In this document: piece after piece, positions 1 to 11,939 of the stretch | Layout: every line of letters starts with the position of its first letter | Position numbering within the stretch: the first letter of the stretch is position 1 | DNA from: Mobula hypostoma | Taxonomy: Eukaryota | Direction of reading: 5' to 3' | NCBI RefSeq assembly: GCF_963921235.1 | Contig: NC_086097.1 | Location: forward strand, 21,144,001 to 21,208,000 | DNA: 64,000 nt | Program-made: the position numbers and the translations under genes | The notes under the pieces: generated by a model | The model's database searches: none | Seen by the model: the letters and a program-made list of their open reading frames with translations, nothing else | What the model was told of the DNA's origin: nothing

Positions 1-510
1 GATGTGCTGAAACTTGAGATGGTTCAAAGGAGGTTAACGAAAATGATTCCAAGATTGAATGGCTTATCATATGGAGAGTGTTTGATGGCTCTGGGCCTGT
101 ATTTGCTGGAATTCAGAATGAGGGGGACCCGACTGAAACCTATCGTATGGTGAAGGGCCTTGATAAAGTGGATGTGAGGAGGAAGTTTCCTATGGTGGGA
201 GAGTCTAAGACCAGAGGACACAGCCTCAGAATAGAGGGGCACCCTTTTAGAATGGAGATGAGGAGGAATTTCTTCTGCCAGAGAGTGGTAAATCTGGGGA
301 ATTCTTTGCCACAGGCAGCTGTGGAGGCCAAGTATTTATGTATATTTAAGGAAGAGGTTGATAAATTCTCAATTGGTCAGGGCATGAAGAGATGCGGGGA
401 GAAAGCAGGAGATTGGAGCTGAGAGGAAAATTGGATCAGCCATCATGAGATGGCAGAGCAGACTCAATGGGCCAAATGGCCTAATTCTGCTCCTATATCT
501 TATGGTTTTA
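1..510 (+). mobile_element. CR1-clade LINE, 3' end
   Basis: RT C-terminal peptide ...TRGHSLRIEGHPFRMEMRRNFFCQRVVNL..., and 3' tail ggcctaattctgctcctatatcttatgg. Confidence 0.9.
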
Positions 511-939
511 CAGTCTAAGTATGAATATGTAACTTATTCCCTTCACTCTTACCACATCCCCACTTGTGACTAGTTACCATAATAAATGCGCAGCACAGAA
601 TATAATGCAGATACATGGCTCCTGTGGATTTCAAAGACACAACTACTGAAAGGAAATCCTATTGACATACTTGGAGAAAGTCTTGTCTACCACTTCTAAA
701 TTTTAGTAAGACACTTCAAACAAGAGAAATGCAGTAGTTGTAACATGAAGAATTGACTTAGATAGAGACAGATAGCATGGGAGTTGGCTCACCTGGAAGC
801 TGGCTGTGTTTTGCTTGATGCGTGAATATGGTTTGGAACCTGTTGAGGGAAAGAGAGTGGGGAAGGAACGGAAATTGCTGGGAGGGGGTCGTGTGGGTCC
901 GGTAATGGCAAGACAAGAGGGGGGATTGAGGGAAAGGAA

Positions 940-2133
940 GTGGAGAAGAAGTGGGATAGGGACTTGGGATCAGAGGTAGGCAGCTGGGGAGAGGTGGATT
1001 ATTGTGAAGGGAAAAATAAAGGGAATGAGGAGGTAGTGAGGGGTCGGATGAATAAAAACCAAGACAAAGGGAATAAAAGAATAAGAAATGATAGTGGAGA
1101 GAGCTCTGAAAGTGAGGAAGATGAACAAGCTCAGAGAGGAGGTGTTGTCATAATTAGGTTTAATGAGAAGGCTCAGGGACATATGAAGAAAATTAACCCG
1201 TTTGTGCTAACAACAACTCTGGCAAATAAGATAGGGGAAATAGTATTTGCAAAAGTCCTTAATGATGGCAACCTATTGGTAAGATGTGCGAATGAGGAAC
1301 AACTTGAGAAAGCACTCAAGCTAAAAGAGATAGGAAAATGCAAGGTGGAATACACTGGGAGGGTGGGAGCACAAAACATTGGTTGTAAAGGAGTGATCAC
1401 GGGGATACCAATGAGTATAAATATGGAGGAGATAAAGAGGAATATCAAGGGAGGGAAAGTAATGAATGTTCAAAGACTGAAAACGACAAAGGAGGGAGTG
1501 AAAAAGGAAAGTGAATCTGTATTGATTGAATTTGAAGAAGAAAGAGTGCCAAGGAAGGTGTTTCTGGGTTTCATGAGTTACCCAGTAAGGGTGTATGTGC
1601 CAAAGCCACTGAGGTGCTATAATTGTCAAAGGTTTGGACACGTGGCTAAAAACTGTAAAAGGCAGAGGAGATGTGCTAGATGTGGGGGTGATCATGAATA
1701 TGGAAAGTGCGGAACAGGAGTTCAACCAAAATGCTGCAATTGTGGAGGAGCTCATAATGTTGCATATAGTGGGTGTGAGGTTGTGAGATGGGAGACCAAA
1801 ATTCAAGAAATAAGAGTGAAAAGAAAGATCACTTATGCAGAAGCTGTAAGAATGTCAAGAGAACAGAATAATGCTCCTAATGAACAGGGAGCAATAGGGA
1901 TACGAGAGATGCAACAAAGAACAAATGACAGGATTTATGTAGACAAAAAGGCTCTAGTAACATTCATTGCAGGAGTGATTAATAGTACGGCTGAGGTAAA
2001 GTCAAAAAGTGACAAAATTCAGCTGGTGGTAAAAGCAGCAGTAAACCATTTAGGGTTAGTAGGACTGACATGGAAGGAAGTGAGGGAGAACCTCAGTAAT
2101 CAGTCAAGCCAGGAAGTGTCATGTGTTGGTTAA
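940..2133 (+). CDS. Nimb LINE ORF1, gag-like nucleic-acid-binding protein with three CCHC knuckles
   Basis: CYNCQRFGHVAKNC, CARCGGDHEYGKC and CCNCGGAHNVAYSGC. The start is uncertain: ATG 905 is 1 nt out of frame and the first in-frame ATG is at 1048. Confidence 0.85.
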   Translation: MEKKWDRDLGSEVGSWGEVDYCEGKNKGNEEVVRGRMNKNQDKGNKRIRNDSGESSESEEDEQAQRGGVVIIRFNEKAQGHMKKINPFVLTTTLANKIGEIVFAKVLNDGNLLVRCANEEQLEKALKLKEIGKCKVEYTGRVGAQNIGCKGVITGIPMSINMEEIKRNIKGGKVMNVQRLKTTKEGVKKESESVLIEFEEERVPRKVFLGFMSYPVRVYVPKPLRCYNCQRFGHVAKNCKRQRRCARCGGDHEYGKCGTGVQPKCCNCGGAHNVAYSGCEVVRWETKIQEIRVKRKITYAEAVRMSREQNNAPNEQGAIGIREMQQRTNDRIYVDKKALVTFIAGVINSTAEVKSKSDKIQLVVKAAVNHLGLVGLTWKEVRENLSNQSSQEVSCVG

Positions 2134-2141
2134 TACTAATT

Positions 2142-5100
2142 ATGGTGATTCTTTTACAATGGAATGCAAGGAGCTTACTGGCCAATAGCCAGGAATTCAA
2201 GCACTTTATTAAAGAAATGGTTGTAAAACCGGATGTAGTGTGTATTCAGGAAACTTGGTTGAAACCAACTTTAGACTTTGTGGTATATGGGTATACAATG
2301 ATAAGGAAAGATAGAAATCTAGGGAGAGGAGGGGGTTGTGCTATGTTAATCAAGCAAGGTATACCATATAGGGTACTGGAAAAAGGAGATGATCAGGAAT
2401 ACATAGTGGTGAAAGTGTGGGAGAGAGGGGAGGGAGTGGTTATAATTAACTACTACAATCCATGTAAAAGGTTGGATTTGGACAGCCTATTAAAGATACA
2501 AGGACAAAACAGACATAAAGTAGTGTGGTGTGCAGATTTCAGTGCTCATAGCACAATATGGGGGGGATCAGATTACAGATCCAAATGGAAAGGTAATTGA
2601 AGATTTGATGGAAGAAAGGGATTTGGTGTGTATGAATGATGGTAGCGGCACAAGGATAGATATAACAACAGGAACTGAGTCAGTGTTAGATATTACGTTA
2701 GTGTCTAATACCTTGGCTGGCATTAGTAACTGGGGAGTTTGGACTGCTTCAACAGTAGGCAGTGATCACTACCCAGTTTTATGTTCAGTGGGTGAAAGAG
2801 TTGAAGTAAGACCAGGTGGCGGAACCCCAAAGTGGGTGTTTGAAAAAGCTGATTGGGGTAAGTTCCAGAAGTTGAGTGAAGAAGGGTTGACAAAGATTGA
2901 TATTTCTGGAAATGTAGATGAATTAAACAGTCAGGTGACTTCAGCAATTATCATGGCAGCAGAAGGATCTATACCTAGGAGTAAAAATAGGATGAATAGA
3001 AAACTGGTACCATGGTGGACAGAGGAATGTTGTCAGGCTGTAAAAAACAGAAATAGAGCATTCAGGCTAGTTAAAAGAACCCATAACATGCAGCATTTGG
3101 TTCAATATAAGAAAGCACAGGTAGTGGTGAGAAGAACTATACGTCAAGCTAAAAGGGCAAGTTGGAGGAGTTTTTGCGACAAGGTAGGAAGAACAACACC
3201 TGTGGGAGAGATATGGGGAATGAATAAGAGGATGGGAGGAGATAGAAGGGAATGGGAATATCCAGTAATGATATCTGAGGAGGAAATAGCAGTCTCCAGT
3301 AGGGATAGGGCTGAGGTCATGGCCAAGTCATTTGTACTGATACACAGTTCAGAAAATTTGTCTGAAGAAGGGAGAAGAAGAAGGGAAAGAATAATGAGCC
3401 AACACCCAGGTGTGTTAAGCAGGAGGGAAGGAACAGATGATATAATTGATGATCCATTTACATTAGCAGAAATGGTGAGAGCAATAAAGAGATCGAGACC
3501 AACCTCCCCAGGGAAAGATCTGATATGCTCTGTGATGCTAAAAAATCTAGGAGAAGGAGTGCTCTTGAAGTTGCTGCATTTTTATAACAGAGTGTGGGAG
3601 GAGGGAAGATTACCAAGTGCATGGAAAGAAGCAGTAGTAATTCCAATAATGAAGCCTGGCAAGGATCTGTCAAAACCTACTAGCTACAGACCAGTTGCAT
3701 TAACATCAAGAATATGTAAGATAATGGAAAGGATGATAACAGAAAGGTTATCATATGAGCTTGAGAAAAGGGGAATGCTGGCAAGTTACCAGAGTGGTTT
3801 TAGAAAGGGAAGGAATTCCATGGACTCAGTGATTATGTTAGAGACTGAAATAAGGAAGGCCCAGGCAAATAGAGAGTCAGTAGTGGCAGTGTTCTTTGAC
3901 ATTGAAAAAGCCTATGATATGATGTGGAAGGAAGGATTATTAATTAAACTGCACAAGATGGGGGTTGGTGGGAGAGTTTTTAATTGGATTAAAGATTTTT
4001 TGTTTGGTAGAAAAATTCAAGTTCGGATTGGACCAGAATTATTAAAACAGTACATAGTGGAAAATGGCACACCTCAAGGTAGTGTGATTAGCCCGTTACT
4101 TTTCATCATTATGATCAATGATGTCTTCACAAAGGTACCAGTGGATATAGGTAGGTCACTGTTTGCGGATGATGGGGCCTTGTGGAAAAGAGGCAGGAAC
4201 ATGGACCATATAATCAGGAAACTACAAGAAGCAATTGATGAAGTGGTGGAGTGGGGTTATGATTGGGGATGTAGATTTTCAGTAGACAGAACTCAAACTG
4301 TATTTTTTACCAGGAAAAGGGTTGAGGTAGGGAAGAAGTTAAGGATGTATAGGGTTGAATCAGAAAGGGTTGCATCATTTAAATTTCTGGGAGTTATATT
4401 TGATTCACGATTAACATGGGCAGACTATATCAGGAAAGTTGAGGAGAAATGTAAAAAAGTAATAAATGTGATGAGATGTTTGACTGGTAGGGAATGGGGA
4501 GCAAGTTGTTCAGCTTTGAAGAGAATGTATGTGGCTTTAGTAAGATCTGTATTGGATTATGGAAATACAGTATATGGATCAGCAGCTAGGTCTCTTATAA
4601 AGAAACTGGATGTGATTCAGGCTCAGGCCTTGAGAGTGTGCAGTGGGGCTCTTAAAACGTCACCAGTGTCAGCCCTACAGGTAGAAATGGGAATAATGCC
4701 TTTGGAACTAAGAAGGATGCAACTGATGGCAAACTACTGGGCTAACTTGCAGGGGCACAATGATTCTCACCCTACTAAAGGAGTGTTGCAGGAGTGCTGG
4801 GAAAATGGGAGGTTTCAGAGGGATACCTTTAGTTGGGTAGGGAATGATATCGCGAAAGAATGTGGAGTGTTTGATCTGAGGATAAGTCCTTCAGTAGTTT
4901 ATCTGGTTGTAGCTCCATGGAAGCTTGTATGGCCTGACATAGACTGGCATTTGTTAGAGGTAAAAAGGAAAGAAAGATATAAAACAGATTTGGTAAATGC
5001 ATTTAACTGTCATGTGATGGAAAAGTATAGTGATTATACTCACATTTATACGGATGGTGCGAAGGAACCTGAAACAGGAGTGACAGGGTTTGGGGTGGTA

Positions 5101-5907
5101 ATACCAGCAAAAGAAATTGGAATCAGCAGAAGAACATCTAATAAGTTAGGAGTGTTTACAGTGGAGATGCTGGCAGAGTTGGTTGCGTTGCAATGGGTGC
5201 AGAAAGCCAGACAAGCCAAAGCATTGATATGTTCAGATTCATCCTCAGTTCTAGCAAGTTTAAGGTCTTTTCACACAAACAGTCGGCAAGATGTACTTTA
5301 TGAAGTCCTTCAGTTAGTTACAAGAATTGCAAATCAGGGAGGTCAGGTAAAATTTCTATGGGTTCCAGCACATGTAGGGGTGAAGGGGAATGAGAGGGTG
5401 GATGAGTTGGCAAAGAGGGCGTTAAAGAAAGAAAATGTGGAAATGCACATTAGTATCTATAAAGCAGAGGTTAAGTGTGTAATCTGGGAAAAAGTCAACC
5501 GAATGTGGCAAGAAAGATGGGACAGGGAGGGGAAAGGGAGGCATCTATATCAAATACAAAAGAGTGTTGCAGTTACTAGGGTAGGTAGTGGAAACAGAAG
5601 AGAGGAAACTGTGTGGACTAGGTTAAGGCTGGGGCATTGTGCATTAAACAAAACATTGAAAATGATAGGGAAACACCAGACAGGATTGTGTGAGGAATGT
5701 CAGGAAGAGGAGTCAGTAGAACATGTAGTTTTGTGTTGCAGGAAGTATGGGATACAGAGAGAGATGATGAGAAATAAATTAAGGGAGTTGGGGATGCAGG
5801 AATTCACATTAAAAGGGTTGCTGGGCATGGGTGAGAGAGCACAAGTCCGGGTATTTTTAGCGTTTTTAAGGGGTACAGGGGTTTTTTTTATAGAATATGA
5901 CGAATAA
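2142..5907 (+). pseudogene. Nimb LINE ORF2 (APE endonuclease, RT, RNase H, CCHC) with one frameshift near 2560-2566
   Basis: EN motifs LQWNARS, IQETW, SDH. RT motifs FFDIEKAYD, GTPQGS, LFADD. RNase H motifs IYTDGA, SDS, WVPAHVGVKGNERVDELAK. C-terminal CEEC..EESVEHVVLCC. Confidence 0.9.
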
Positions 5908-5955
5908 ACAGGAATAGGATACTAGAATGATCAAAGATGGGAGGGTGAAGTGTAG

Positions 5956-5958
<3 letters not shown>

Positions 5959-5995
<37 letters not shown>
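5959..5995. repeat. (TG)n microsatellite in the Nimb 3' UTR
   Basis: Directly visible. Confidence 0.95.
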
Positions 5996-5997
<2 letters not shown>

Positions 5998-7639
5998 TTA
6001 GAATGTATGTCTAGTGCACATTCTGGAGCAGAGGGTGGCGGTAATGCACCATTAAGCTGGATGCCAACCGCCGTAAAACAAGATACAGAGAGAGAGAGAG
6101 AGACAGATAGCATGGAAGCTGGCCTATTAGTCAACCACCAGAGTCCCATTTACATTAATCCCCTATCAGAATCAGGTTTATTATCACAAACATATGTTGT
6201 GAAATGCTTTATTTTGTGGAAGCAGTACAATGCAAGACATAAAAATTGCTGTAAATTACAATAAGAATATACCAAAATAAATAAATATTGCAAAACAGAA
6301 GCAAAATAGTGTTCATGAATCTGATGAAGGAGAGGAAGAAGCTGTCCTCAGAGAGTTGTGTGTGCGTCTTTAGGCTCTCCATTGTTCCTAGTACAGCAAT
6401 GAGATCCAGCACTCGAGTGACCTCTCTCCCCCTTGGTGCTGTCAGTGGATGGTGCCATAGTCAGGTTTATTCGACGCAGACTGTCGATTTGGATTCTCAG
6501 GTTTTCGTCACTCTTTTTTGTCCTACTCTTGGGCGATTTCTGAATCCGGATGGCCTGCAGACAATGAACACTGGGTCGACTTCTACTGGAATATGCCTTT
6601 TGATTTTGTGTTTTTATATTCTCTGTTTTTCCTCTTTTTTTTGTTGCTGTTTGCATTTTCTCTGCATGGGGAGGGGCGTCTGAAGTTTGACGTTTTTCTT
6701 TGGATGGGTTGGTTCCATGGTTCTTCTTGTTCCATGCCTGTCTGTGGGGGAAAACAAATTTCAGGATTGTGCACTGCTAACATACCTTGATAGATAAATG
6801 TACTTTGTGAAGAGGGCATGCCCGGGATGGTTTCCCATATTCCCATTGATTCCCTCCCTACAAAAGAAGCAATTTATTGTGGGTGATTAACCCATCAACG
6901 TGCACGTCCTTGGAAGATTGGTAGAAATTTTGGGGGGAATGAGCACATTCTCAGGAAGGACGTGTATGCTCCACCTAGTCTCCGAGTTGGGGATTGAACC
7001 AGATTCTACGGTGCAATGAGACAAGGGCTTTACTTGCTGGAACTCCATCCCACCTCACTGCTCGCTGGCCATCTCCTCCCTAATTTCCAGCAGCAACATT
7101 ATGTCGACAGTGTTCAGAGGAGCAAAACTGGAGATACCTCAGCTGCAAATCCAATAAACATTAACTACAGTGAAGACGCAGCCCATAAACTGCAAATTGT
7201 AAAGAGCAATAAAATGTGAATTATGCCAATCCCTACATTCTATATTTAAAACCAGAAATACTATAGTAAAACTATATTTCATTTGGCTCCATAACTCAGA
7301 AGGAGCTGATGGAGCATAACAGGGGAGATGATGGCAGCAATAAAATTCATCAAAGCTTTGTCATCTTAAATGAGAGCCATCAACAGTTTAAACAGATTCA
7401 CGTCTGTGCCTCGTTATCAAAGATATATCCTAACGGGACTATCCTCCAGTCTTCATGTTCGATAGAAAAGGAAATTAAAATGGGTTTTGAAATGTCAAGT
7501 TTTGTTTTAAATTCATAAAAAGAAATGTATTTTCCTTCGGTTTGAACTAATGGGAGGGGAAAAGGAACACCATCCGTTTCCCACCTTCATGAATAAAGCC
7601 TTTGCACAAAAAAGGATACTCTGAATTTTGCCATGGCAA

Positions 7640-10600
7640 GTGAACAAAATTATGCCACTCGGCCCATCAAGTCCCCGCTTTCCTTCTATCATGGCTGATT
7701 TATTATCCCTCTCAACCACATTCTCCTGCCTTCTTCCCATAACCTAACTAAGAACCTATCAAAATTCAAAGTGCATTTATTATCAAAGTATGTATAACTT
7801 TCTATAGGGGCACAATTGAGAGCATCCTGACTGGCTGCATCACTGCCTGGTATGGGAACTGTACTTCCCTCAATCGCAAGACTCTGCAGAGAGTGGTGCA
7901 GACAGCCCAGCACATCTGTAGATGTGAACTTCCCACTTTTCAGGACATTTACAAAGACAGGTGTGTAAAAAGGGCCTGAAGGATCACTGGGGACCTGAGT
8001 CACCCCAACTACAAACTGTTCCAGCTGCTACCATCCAGGAAATGGTACTGCAGCATAAAAGCCAGGACCGACAGTCTCTGGGACAGCTTCTTCCACCAGG
8101 CCATCAGACTGATTAATTCGTGCTGACACAACTGTACTTCTATGTTATATTGACTGTCCTGTTGTACATACTAGTTATTATAAATTACTATAAATTGCAC
8201 ATTGCACATTTAGACGGAGACGTAACGTAAAGATTTCTCCTCATGTACGTGAAGGATGTGAGTAATAAAGTCAATTCAATCCAATCCTTTTGGGCAGCCA
8301 CAAAACAAGAAATCCAAAAGAACCCATTAAAAAAATCCAATTAACATCCAATGGGGGCGGGGGGGGGGGGGAAGAGAGGGAGATCGTGCGAACAATAAAA
8401 ACAAGCAAACAGCATTCAAAACAAAAGTGAGCCCATAGGCTCAAAGCCCAGAGCAGCCGGGGCAGGCCCAAAGCCTCAGTTTCAGTGCAGCGGAGAGCAG
8501 ACCAAACATTGCGGAGCAACAAGCCAAACCAGTCCTAACACCCTGCCTTTTCAATCCACCCAGCCTGGTGTTTAAATCATCCAAACACCTTGCTCTGAGA
8601 TCTGGGCCCTATTGCATCGATATGCTCTGGGCCTGGACCCCGCCTGACCTGACCTTTCTAAATCGGCAAGGCACTCAGGTTGATCAAATCTTGCTCTGGG
8701 TTTAGGTGGACGGGCTCTGAAACTCCTCTGTTCTGACTTTTCTCCATTCTGCTCACTCCAGCTCCAGCCGTCTCACCCACTACAGGAAATATCCTCTCCA
8801 CATCCATTCTATCTAGTTCTTTTAATATACGATAAATTTCAATCAGATCCCCCCTCATTCTTCTCAACTCCTATAGGCCCAGAGCCATTAGATGCTCCTC
8901 ATACGTTAACCCTTTCATTCCCGGAATTATTCTCCTGAACCTCGTTTGGAACCCCCCCAATACCACCACATCTTTTGTTAGATAAGGGGACCAAAACTGC
9001 TCACAATACAAGTGTGGTCTGACCAATGTCTTATAAAGCCTCAGCATCACATCCTTGCTCATTTATTTTAGTCCTTTGGAAATAAATGTTAACATTGCAT
9101 TTGCCTTCCTCACCACCAATGCAACCTGCAAGTTAACCTTTAGGGAATCCTACAAAAGCTCCCGAGTCCCTGCACGCCTTGTACTTTTAAAATTTTCTCC
9201 CTGCATAGAAAATAGTCCATGCCTTTACTCCTCCTACCAAAGTGCATGACCATACACTTTCCTACACTATATTCAATCTGCCACTTCTTTGTACATTCTC
9301 CCAATCTGTCCAAGTCCTTCTGCAGACTCCCTGCTTCCTCAACACTACCATCTATCTTCGTATCATCTGAAACTTAGCCACAAAGCTATTATTTCTGTCA
9401 TCCAAATCGTTGACATATAATGTGAAAAGAATCAGTCCCAATACTGACTCCAGCAGAACACCATTTGTCACTGGCAGCCAAGCTGACTAAGTTTCCTTCA
9501 TTCCGACTCTTTGTCTCCTACCAATCTTCTATCCATGTTGAAATCTTTACTGTAATACCATGGGCTCTTACCTTGTTAAGCAGCCTCATGTGTGGCACCT
9601 TGTCAAAGGTCTTCTGAAAATCCAAGTAAACAACATCGACTGACTCTCCTTTGTCAATCCCACCTGTTATTTCCTCAAAGAATTCCAACAGATTTGTCAG
9701 GTAAGATTTCCTCTTAAGGAAACCATCCTGACATTGGCCTATTTTATCATGTGCCTCAAATCCTTATCTGTGATCATGGACTCCGACACCTTCCCAACCA
9801 TTGACATCAGGCTAACTGGCCTGTAATGTCCTTTCTTCTGCTTCCCTCCCTTCTTAAAGAGTGGAATGATATTTGCAATTTAACAGTCCTCCGGAATGCC
9901 TCCACAATCTTTTCAGCTATCTCTTTCAGAACCCTGAGGTGTAGACCATTTGGTTGAGGTGACTTATCTACTTTCAGATCTTTCAGCTTCCCAAGCACCT
10001 TCTCCTTAGTAAGAGCACCTACACTCTCAAATTTCTGGCATACCGCTAGTGTCTTCCACAGCTAAGACTGGCGCAAAACACTTACTAAGTTCGTCCACCA
10101 TTTCTTTGCCCCCCCCCATCACCTCTTCAATGTCCACTCTTACCTCCCTTTCACACTTTATAGATCTCAAAAAACTTTTGACATTCTCTTTGATATTACT
10201 GTCTAGATTACCTTTGTATTTCATCTTTTCTCTCCTTTTGGCTTCTTTACTTGCCTTCTGTTGGTTTTTAAAAGCTTCCCAATCCTCTAACTTCCCACTA
10301 ATTTTTGCTGTATTATATGCCCCCTCTTTTATGCTGTCGTTGACTTCCCTTGTCAGTCATGGTTGCCTCATCCTCCTTTAGAATACTTCTTCTTCTTTGG
10401 AATGTAACTATTCTGTGTCTTCCTAAATGCTCCCAAAAATGCCATTGCTATTCTGTCGTCATCCCTGTTAGTGTCCCCTTCCAATCAACTTTTGCCAGGT
10501 CCTCTCTCATGCCTCTGAGATTCCCTTTACTTGACTGTAATAATGATACATCTGACTTTGTCTTCTCCCTGTCAAAGTGCAGGGTGAATTCGATCATATT

Positions 10601-11670
10601 ACGATCCCTTACTTTAAGCTCCCTTATCAAATCTAGCTCATTGCACAACACCAATTCAAAATTGTCTTTCCCCATGTGGGGTCAACCACAAGCTGCTCTA
10701 AAAGCCATCTGGCAAGTATTCTACAAATTCTGTCTCTTGGGATCCAGCACCATTCTGATTTTCCCAATCTAACTGCATATTGAAATCCCCCATGATTATC
10801 TTAACATGGCCTTTATTACATGCCTTTTCTATTTCCTGTTGAAATTTATATCCCACATCCTGGCTACTGTTTGTCTTCCTGTGTATAACTCCCATCAGTA
10901 TAGTAGTCATAGTCATAGTCATACTTTATTGATCCCAGGGGAAATTGGTTTTTGTTAGCTTTTTACCCTTGCAGTTTCTAACTCTACCCACAAGGATTCT
11001 ACACCAACCTACCCTATGTCACCTCTTTCTAAGGATTTGATTTCATATTTTACCAACAGAGCCCCCCCCCCCATCCCTCTGACTCCCTGATTGTCCTTTT
11101 GATATGAGGAGAATCCTTGGATGTTAAGCTTGGGACTATGATCTTCTCCCAGCCACAAATCAGTGATGCCCACAGTGCTATACCTCCCAGTCTCTAATTG
11201 TGCTAAAAGATCATCCACTTTATTCTGTGTACTGTGTGTATTCAAATTTAACACCTTCAGTCCTGTATTCTTCACAACTTTCTGATTTTTTCTCCCATGC
11301 TATACTTCACCTCATTGCACAAAGTGAAATTTTGCCCTATCATCTGCCTGTCCTTCTGCGCAGTCTCACTACACACTGCATTGACTTGTACACCAACTGG
11401 CCCTTCCCCTGCTAACTGAGTGTAAAACCTCCTCAACAGCTCTAGCAAACCTGCCTGCAAAGAAATTGGTTCTCCTTGGTCTCAGGCATAACCCATCCTT
11501 TTTATACAGGATATACCTTCCACAGAAGTGATTCCAATGATCCAGAAATTAGAAACCCTGCCCCCCTGTACCAATTACTCAGCTACTCACTCATCTGTAC
11601 CATCATTCTATACCTGTCCTGAGTAGCACGTGGTACTGGAAATAATCCAGAGATTACTACTTGGACATCG
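7640..11670 (-). mobile_element. Degenerate CR1 LINE (3' tail, RT, EN, part of the ORF1 esterase), interrupted at ~7765-8765 and ~10900-10960
   Basis: Minus-strand peptides KVLNLNTHS, IMGDFNM, LKVDKSPQPNGLH, LYKTLVRPHL and RRMRGDLIE. Confidence 0.85.
7797..8280 (+). mobile_element. Rex1/Babar-like LINE 3' fragment
   Basis: FYRGTIESILTGCITAWYG-type coding sequence ending in aataaagtcaattcaat. A sister copy lies at 25192-25572. Confidence 0.8.
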
Positions 11671-11939
11671 AAATTCAGGTTCTTAGTTAACAATTTTGGA
11701 AAAATCATATTTGGTTTTTGTTTCACTCTACATAATGCTGTTTAGCAGGGAAACACCAGTTGTGGTAAATGCATTTGATTCTGGTTTAATGCATAACGTT
11801 GTATCTGGAATTGGCAGATTTTTGTGAATCAAGATTGGAAGGGAAGGTATGGAGTGCAATGATCTAGGTGCAGGTCATTGAGAATAGGCAGATTAATAGA
11901 TTGGCACAGACTAAATGGGCTGAAAGGCTTGCTTCTGCA

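Larger units (their letters stand above)
781..6098 (+). mobile_element. Apparently full-length Nimb/I-clade LINE with 17-bp TSD
   Basis: TSD agagacagatagcatgg at 764-780 and 6099-6115. Gag-like ORF1 and EN-RT-RNaseH-CCHC ORF2. 3' UTR stem ggcggt...accgcc and a (GA)n tail. Confidence 0.92.

Noticed and set aside
7280..7520. Non-repeat AT-rich stretches (also ~29870-30200 and ~45300-45850) as conserved non-coding elements or exons
   Set aside because: No recognisable protein or splice pattern. Conservation cannot be judged without alignments.
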